From NCBI GenBank assembly GCA_900548255.1, contig URKH01000001.1, positions 1,332-65,331 of the forward strand: DNA of 64,000 bases, in the 5' to 3' direction. The stretch comes from an uncultured Collinsella sp. GTDB taxonomy: Bacteria; Actinomycetota; Coriobacteriia; Coriobacteriales; Coriobacteriaceae. The stretch's first letter is position 1; every line of letters begins with the position of its first letter. Below the pieces are notes generated by a model. The model was not told the DNA's origin, made no database searches, and was given only the letters and a program-made list of their open reading frames with translations. The position numbers and the translations under genes were made by a program. Shown one piece after another: positions 58,238-64,000 of this stretch.

Positions 58238-59485
58238 ATGAACAAAGGAGAGATGAGGGCTGGGGCCGCCCGTGCGGCCATCGATCTTGGGGGCGTATTG
58301 CCGTTTGACGGTTTCGACGAACTCCGCCATGAGGTCTTTGCCCGTGCTCTTGTCATCGAGGGGGCGGGGCGACGCGCCTGCATTCTTTCGCTTGAGGTCA
58401 CATCGATTGCTCCGGCTCTGCTCGCCGATCTGCGTGAGGTCGTCGAGGATGCCGCCGGCTGCAGTGGCGCTTACTCTTGGGTGGTTCCTACCCACACGTT
58501 TTCCATGCCTCACGTTCGCACTCCCGGGCATCTTGCCGATGCTGCTGCCCGCGATCGCAACGAGCGCTATCGCGCAGCGCTCATCGCCGCCGCCCGCACG
58601 GCTGTCGAGCGGGCTGTTGCGGGCATTCGCTCCGTCACACTCGCCACGGCGGAGGGCGACTGCCCCGTGAACGTTAATCGCGACATCGAGACGCCGGCCG
58701 GCTGGTGGTTGGGCTCGAATCCCGAGGGGTTTGCCGACCACGCGATGCCCGTGCTCGCCATGAGGGATGCCGGGGGCGAGTGCGTTGCCGTACTTGCGGC
58801 GGCGGACGTCCAGTCCTCCGTGCTCGACGGGTCGCGCGACTCCGAGGGGAGACGCGTGGCGAGCGGAGATCTCTTTGGTTTTGCCGCCATGTCACTCGAG
58901 CGTGAGCTGGGCGGCGTTGCCCTGTTGCTGCCGGGCGCCGCGGGCGACCAAGGTCCGGCGGAACGCGCCATGAACGTCACGTTCGATGCCGCCGGCGTGA
59001 AGCGGACGGTCGATGCCCATGAGGACGGATACCGCATGCTGCACCAGCAGGGGCAGGTCTTGGGCGATGCTTTGATTGAGGCCGCTCGCATGGCACGTGA
59101 GGATAGCGCTGCCGGCATCGATGCTCGCACGGTCGACGTCCTCCTGCCCGCTCAGACACGCGCCGATTTTTACTCTTTGGCTCCGCATCGAACGTATGAG
59201 TTTCATGCTGCCGGTGAGCAGCACACGAGGGTCTATCTGCTTCGGCTGGGAAACGTCGAGCTTGTCGGCGTGCAGCCCGAGGTCTCGAGTACATTCGGCG
59301 CCACCGTGCGCGTCGCCCGGTCCGGCTCTGTGCTCTTTGCCACGCTCGTCAACGGCGGACAGAAATACCTACCGGCCCCCGACGCGTACGAAAAGATCAC
59401 CTATGAGGCCATGAACTCCGGTTTTGCCGCCGGCTCCCATGAGCGCCTCGTCGATATCATCATTGCCGCCTTGAATGCGGCGTAA
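58238..59485 (+). CDS. Neutral/alkaline ceramidase-like hydrolase
   Basis: AG.AR..I, ARALVI, THTFSMP, NR, GAAGDQ, E...T..NG..KY.P...YE pattern. Confidence 0.6.
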   Translation: MNKGEMRAGAARAAIDLGGVLPFDGFDELRHEVFARALVIEGAGRRACILSLEVTSIAPALLADLREVVEDAAGCSGAYSWVVPTHTFSMPHVRTPGHLADAAARDRNERYRAALIAAARTAVERAVAGIRSVTLATAEGDCPVNVNRDIETPAGWWLGSNPEGFADHAMPVLAMRDAGGECVAVLAAADVQSSVLDGSRDSEGRRVASGDLFGFAAMSLERELGGVALLLPGAAGDQGPAERAMNVTFDAAGVKRTVDAHEDGYRMLHQQGQVLGDALIEAARMAREDSAAGIDARTVDVLLPAQTRADFYSLAPHRTYEFHAAGEQHTRVYLLRLGNVELVGVQPEVSSTFGATVRVARSGSVLFATLVNGGQKYLPAPDAYEKITYEAMNSGFAAGSHERLVDIIIAALNAA

Positions 59486-59503
59486 CACAGAAGGAGAACG
59501 TGC

Positions 59504-60622
59504 ATGAACATTGGACACGCGCGCCGCAAAATCACCCCACAGGGCGACATCTACCTGATTGGCTATCGCAATCTTCCCAACCGCCTGGAGCCTGCGACGG
59601 GCATCCATGACGACGTCTACGCCAACGCCATTCTCTTCCAGCAAGGCGAACGTGAGGTGTTTCTCTTTAATGCCGATGTCCTCGAGTTCGAGGAAAGCAT
59701 GGCCGAGGAAGTCAAGACAATGCTCGCCGAGCGCTACGGCATTGACCGTGATTGCGTCCTGCTCTCGGCGACGCACGACCATACTTCAATCGTCGCTTAC
59801 CACCGCAGCTGGTGGACGGGAAAATTCGACGAGAACTACTATCGCTGGCTCCTCGATACCATTTGCCAATGCTTTGAGGAGTGCCGCGCCAATGCGCAGC
59901 CCGCGATTTGCCGCCTGGGCAAGCAGGTCGTCACCGGTTTCTATGACAACCGCATCATCCCAGGCGAACTCGCCGACAATGAGGTCATTGTCGTTTCGTT
60001 CTTCGATACCGAAGGCAAGCCATTTGCAGGCTTTGTGAACTGGGCGGTGCATTCCGCTTGCGTCGGGCCCGATTGTACGGAGCTCACGAGTGAGCTTGCC
60101 GGCCTTACCGGTAAAAAGCTCGCCCCGAGCCTCGGGTACTATCCTGCCATGGTCGTGGGCGCTGCTGGCGACTGCAGCGATCGCAATTTTCGCCAAGGTC
60201 GTGGCATCCCCGAGGTCGAGCGCGTGTCGACCGGTCTTGCCGAGGCGATTTCCCAAATCAAGCTCGATCGCGAGGTTAAACTCGACCGTATCGAGCCCCA
60301 GACGTTCTATCACACCGTCGCCCATGACGATTTTTCGCTCACGCTCAAGTGCGCCGTTATCAGCTTGGGTGGTATGCACCTCTTTGTGTTTCCGAGCGAG
60401 CTCGGCAGCGACCTTGGCGTTCGCATGAAGCGCGAATGTCCGGTTGAGGGGATTGTCTGCGGTTATACCAACGGCTATTACGAGTACTTCCTTCCGGCGC
60501 GTGAATACGGCCTCTCCTTTGAGACCGAGCGTACCCAGATTCCCCAAGGCGAACCGGAGCGCCTATGCGATAAGTTCTGTCAAACCGCGCGCCTTCTCGG
60601 CGCGCCAGATTCGCGCCTGTAG
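59504..60622 (+). CDS. Neutral/alkaline ceramidase-like hydrolase
   Basis: ITP....L.GY, GIHDD.YA, ATHDHT, NWAVH, GAAGD and GYTNGY..Y.P. Confidence 0.72.
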   Translation: MNIGHARRKITPQGDIYLIGYRNLPNRLEPATGIHDDVYANAILFQQGEREVFLFNADVLEFEESMAEEVKTMLAERYGIDRDCVLLSATHDHTSIVAYHRSWWTGKFDENYYRWLLDTICQCFEECRANAQPAICRLGKQVVTGFYDNRIIPGELADNEVIVVSFFDTEGKPFAGFVNWAVHSACVGPDCTELTSELAGLTGKKLAPSLGYYPAMVVGAAGDCSDRNFRQGRGIPEVERVSTGLAEAISQIKLDREVKLDRIEPQTFYHTVAHDDFSLTLKCAVISLGGMHLFVFPSELGSDLGVRMKRECPVEGIVCGYTNGYYEYFLPAREYGLSFETERTQIPQGEPERLCDKFCQTARLLGAPDSRL

Positions 60623-60815
60623 TTTTGCCGCCACGGCATGGGACCCATGAGGGTCGCGGCCGTGTGATCGGCGTTCTTATTTCCCTTGTTATCTCCCATC
60701 CCGGACGTATATGCGCCCGCGGATTTTAAAGGGGAGGCGGGTTCTGTGGCTCCCCACGTCGACTACGGGGGTCTGGAATCAATGCCATGCCCCGCTCAGA
60801 AAAAGGAGGAATACC

Positions 60816-62276
60816 ATGAAATACCAGCAGCTTTGCGATGGAATCATCGCAAAGGTCGGTGGCCGAGACAATGTGCTGGACGTGAGTCACTGCATTACGC
60901 GTCTCCGCTTTCACCTCAAGGACGAATCGCTCGCCCAGACCGATGAACTCAAGGCCATGAAGGGTGTCGTTGACGTCATCCAGGCCGGTGGACAGTATCA
61001 GGTCGTAATCGGTGCTACCGTCGAGTCCGTCTACAATGAACTCGTTCAGATCGGCGGGTTCGACGCCAAGCCCGCGCTTGATATCGATGAGGGCGACAAT
61101 GTCAAGAAGGGCGATCCGTTCTCGCGCCTACTCGCCATCATTTCCGAGATCCTGCAACCGGTTCTTGGCGTGCTTATGGCCGGTGGCTTCATCAAGTCGA
61201 TGCTCGCCCTCTGCACGGTTGCCGGTTGGCTCGCCAAGGACAGCAATACCTATGTGACGCTCTCGGCAATCGGAGATTCGGTCTTCTATTACTTCCCGCT
61301 TATCATCGGCTGGACGGCTGCCAAGAAGTTCGGACTTAAGCCCGTTATGGGTATGGCCCTCGGCGGCATCCTCGTCTACCCGACGCTCGTTGCCCTTATG
61401 GGTGGAGACCCGCTTTACACGCTCGGCACCGGTACGGTCCTTGAGTCCAATGTCTACGGTGATATCTTTGGCATCCCTTTGATTATGCAGAACTATTCAT
61501 CGACGATTCTGCCTGCGATTTTCATCGTCTGGATCGCCTCGAAGGTGCACAAATTCCTTTCTGGCGCACTGCCCGCGCTTGTGAGCTCGTTCTTCTCCAA
61601 CATTTTGACGCTTCTCATTTGCGGCATCCTGGGCCTGCTTGTGGTCGGTCCGGTCATGACGGTCCTCTCCAACATCGTTGCCCAAATCATCCTGGCGCTC
61701 ATCAACTTCCAGCCCGCCATCGCCGGTTTTGTCATCGGCACGTTCTGGAGCCTGCTCGTCATGTTCGGTCTGCACTGGGGCGTCATTCCGCTGTGGTTCA
61801 TCGATGTCGCAACCTACGGCTATGACCTCATCAACCCTCTCGTATACGCAGGTGGGTGCGCCATCGCCGGTGCCGTGCTCGGCATGATCATTCGAACCAA
61901 GGATTCCGAGGAAAACGCTGTCATCAACATCCCTGCTCTCGTCTCGTCGATCTTCGGCGTCAACGAGCCCGCGCTTTACGCCATCCTGCTGCCGCGTAAG
62001 CGTCTCATGTGGGCGACCTTCATTTCCGCCGGTGTCGGCGGCGCCATTGCCGGCCTTATGGGTGCCAAGCTCTATGCCTTCGGTGCCTCCGGTCCGCTCG
62101 GCTTCCCGAGCTTTATCAACCCCGCTGGCATCGATTCGGGCTTTATCGGTCTTGTCATCTCCGGTCTGGTCGCCTTTATTTTGGCGCTTATCGCCGCTAT
62201 GGTGATCGGCACCAAGAAGGACGAGGGCGGTCAGACCCTCAACATCTCGGTGGACTATTCCATCTACCCGCTTTGA
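60816..62276 (+). CDS. PTS EIIBC component (beta-glucoside/sucrose type), no EIIA
   Basis: VGG.DNV...HCITRLRF, GQYQVVIG, FGLHWG and GVNEPALY; SD AAGGAGG. Confidence 0.92.
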   Translation: MKYQQLCDGIIAKVGGRDNVLDVSHCITRLRFHLKDESLAQTDELKAMKGVVDVIQAGGQYQVVIGATVESVYNELVQIGGFDAKPALDIDEGDNVKKGDPFSRLLAIISEILQPVLGVLMAGGFIKSMLALCTVAGWLAKDSNTYVTLSAIGDSVFYYFPLIIGWTAAKKFGLKPVMGMALGGILVYPTLVALMGGDPLYTLGTGTVLESNVYGDIFGIPLIMQNYSSTILPAIFIVWIASKVHKFLSGALPALVSSFFSNILTLLICGILGLLVVGPVMTVLSNIVAQIILALINFQPAIAGFVIGTFWSLLVMFGLHWGVIPLWFIDVATYGYDLINPLVYAGGCAIAGAVLGMIIRTKDSEENAVINIPALVSSIFGVNEPALYAILLPRKRLMWATFISAGVGGAIAGLMGAKLYAFGASGPLGFPSFINPAGIDSGFIGLVISGLVAFILALIAAMVIGTKKDEGGQTLNISVDYSIYPL

Positions 62277-62381
62277 TTTAAAAGGCCTCGGACGGCAGCT
62301 GTGCTGTCCGGGGCCTTTTGCGTTTTGTACCGTTGCCGGTTGGTTTGTGGGGCATCTCAAAAGTGGCGGTGTGTGCTGGGA

Positions 62382-63305
62382 TTACGACGACTGCGGCGCT
62401 TCGGAGGTCATGCGGCCGCCCTGTAGAAGCTGGCGATAGGGGAGAAAGCCGATAAACGAGACGACGGCTTGCGAGTACGCAGCGCTCCGTTTGAGGTAGA
62501 GCCTGACCTCGGAGGTCGTTGCAGGCTCGAGCGGCACGAGGGCCACCTTGCCGCCGGCGAGTGATTCGGCAGGCTTGCGCATGAGCAGCGAGACGCCGGC
62601 ATCGCGCGCGACAAGCGAGATGATGTTTTCTGCCCGTTTGCCGGTAAACGTGACACGTGGGCTGAATCCTGCCTTGCGGCAAAGGGAGAGGGTGAGTTCG
62701 CTCACGAACGAGCCTTGGGGAAGCATAAGGAAATTCTCATCGATAAGGTCGTCGATCTCGATGGCGTTGCGCTTGGCGAGTGGATGGTCGAGCGGGATAA
62801 CGGCCACGAGCCGGTCGGTTGTAAAGGGGATTTTTTTAAACTCCGGCTCGATGGCGCCGCCGTCGCGGATGAAGGCGAGGTCGATGTCCTCGCGCAAGAG
62901 CATCTGCTTGAGTGCGCTGCCTTCGCCCTCGATGAGCTCAACGGAATACGAGGGGTTCGCCTGCTGGAAATCGATGACGGCGTCCGTGATTCCATAGGGA
63001 GCCATGATGGGGATGGAGCCCACGGTGATGCGTTCGAGTGGTTCATCTGCGGCTATCTGGATGGCAGCGAGATAGCGATGCTGGAGCGTCGCTATCTTTT
63101 GTGCATAGGGGAGGAGCGCTTCGCCTTGCGCGGTGAGCGTAACGTGGCGTTGACTCCGATCGATGAGATTACAGCCGAGCTCGCGCTCCATTGCCATAAT
63201 GTGCTTGGAGAGAGTCGACTGCGACATGAAGAGCAGCTCCGCCGCATCGAGAAACGTACGCGACTGCGCCAAGATAGCGAACTCACCAAAACGGCTGATA
63301 TCCAT
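62382..63305 (-). CDS. LysR family regulator
   Basis: TFLDAAELLFMSQSTLSKHI..ME.ELG HTH plus substrate-binding domain. Confidence 0.92.
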   Translation of the reverse strand: MDISRFGEFAILAQSRTFLDAAELLFMSQSTLSKHIMAMERELGCNLIDRSQRHVTLTAQGEALLPYAQKIATLQHRYLAAIQIAADEPLERITVGSIPIMAPYGITDAVIDFQQANPSYSVELIEGEGSALKQMLLREDIDLAFIRDGGAIEPEFKKIPFTTDRLVAVIPLDHPLAKRNAIEIDDLIDENFLMLPQGSFVSELTLSLCRKAGFSPRVTFTGKRAENIISLVARDAGVSLLMRKPAESLAGGKVALVPLEPATTSEVRLYLKRSAAYSQAVVSFIGFLPYRQLLQGGRMTSEAPQSS

Positions 63306-63341
63306 AGGGTAGCCTCCGGTTCCCTCATGTCGGCAAGTAAC

Positions 63342-63752
63342 CTAGATCACGATTCCTTGGCAGTGGTCGATTTCGTGTTGGATGATTTCGGCGGTGTAGC
63401 CCGAGAAGTTTTTGATGCGGTGGACGAAATTCTCGTCCAAATACTCAACCTTAATGCGGCGATAGCGAGTACAGGGGCGCTCGCCGGAAAGCGAGAGGCA
63501 TCCTTCGCTCGTCTGATAGGAATTGACCTGCTCAAGAATTTGAGGGTTGTACATCAGCAGCGCCCTGTTGCCGTCCTTTACGCAGATGATGCGTTTGCGC
63601 ACGCCAATCATGTTGGCGGCAAGGCCCACGCACTCGTGCTCATGCTCATGGAGCGTATCCAGGAGGTCCTGCCCGGTCGCGGCATCGTCGGGTCCCGCGT
63701 CTTCGGAAGGCAGGCGCAAAAAGAACTCGGATTTCATGATGGGCTTAATCAT
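63342..63752 (-). CDS. def: Peptide deformylase (short form)
   Basis: CVGLAANMIG, EGCLS and QHEIDH motifs. Confidence 0.88.
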   Translation of the reverse strand: MIKPIMKSEFFLRLPSEDAGPDDAATGQDLLDTLHEHEHECVGLAANMIGVRKRIICVKDGNRALLMYNPQILEQVNSYQTSEGCLSLSGERPCTRYRRIKVEYLDENFVHRIKNFSGYTAEIIQHEIDHCQGIVI

Positions 63753-64000
63753 GGCGGGCTCCTCATGTCTCGTGCTTTCGTGGACTTTTAATAATAGAGC
63801 GGAAGGAAAGCTGCGCGTCAGCGTTACAATCTTTCAACGTTGGACCATGTTGTCGGATCCGTCGCGTGCGGCGTCTGACGTAAGTCTAGGGCTCATGCTC
63901 GCCCTGGACTGTTCCTCTGGGGCGATGCGACTGTCGTTCCAAGAGGAAGGAAATGCATGGGGAGCAAATCTCAGCAACAAGTTCAAGTAGCGCCATCGGC

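Noticed and set aside
60623..60815. BglG/LicT RAT antiterminator before the PTS gene
   Set aside because: No RAT consensus or clear terminator was seen, and the local regulator is a LysR.
63753..64000. Gene at the right edge of the window
   Set aside because: Only a short ORF after an SD-like GAGGAAGGA is visible, and there is not enough sequence to support a call.

Overview
This is a GC-rich chromosomal window whose gene content suggests a gut Coriobacteriia bacterium (Collinsella-like; inference, no search run). It is densely coding, with about 50 CDS: prfC, ung, trmL, thiM/thiE under a TPP riboswitch, two peptide deformylase paralogues, a bile-salt-hydrolase-family gene, kup, four LysR regulators, tandem GGDEF/EAL proteins, a TetM/EF-G-like GTPase, a UvrA-like ATPase and many transporters. 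I found no rRNA, tRNA, integrase, transposase or CRISPR-cas. The most notable unexplained structures are: (1) a six-copy array of a 15-bp motif in strictly alternating orientation with an exact 40-bp period (10116-10330); (2) a dispersed family of 31-35 bp hairpins with variable arms but a GGGAC core at a fixed offset, often sitting on stop codons; (3) a candidate preQ1-I riboswitch heading a queuosine-precursor transporter plus an unexplained SDR enzyme; (4) a phage-CI-like HTH fused to an alanine aminotransferase, with its own operator repeats and an internal in-frame start; (5) tandem diverged surface-protein genes, each preceded by an identical 192-bp block that duplicates the 3' end of a permease gene; (6) a candidate ~200-nt sRNA and a 47-aa membrane peptide missed by the ORF track; and (7) an amidohydrolase / two ceramidase-like / PTS / LysR catabolic cluster.
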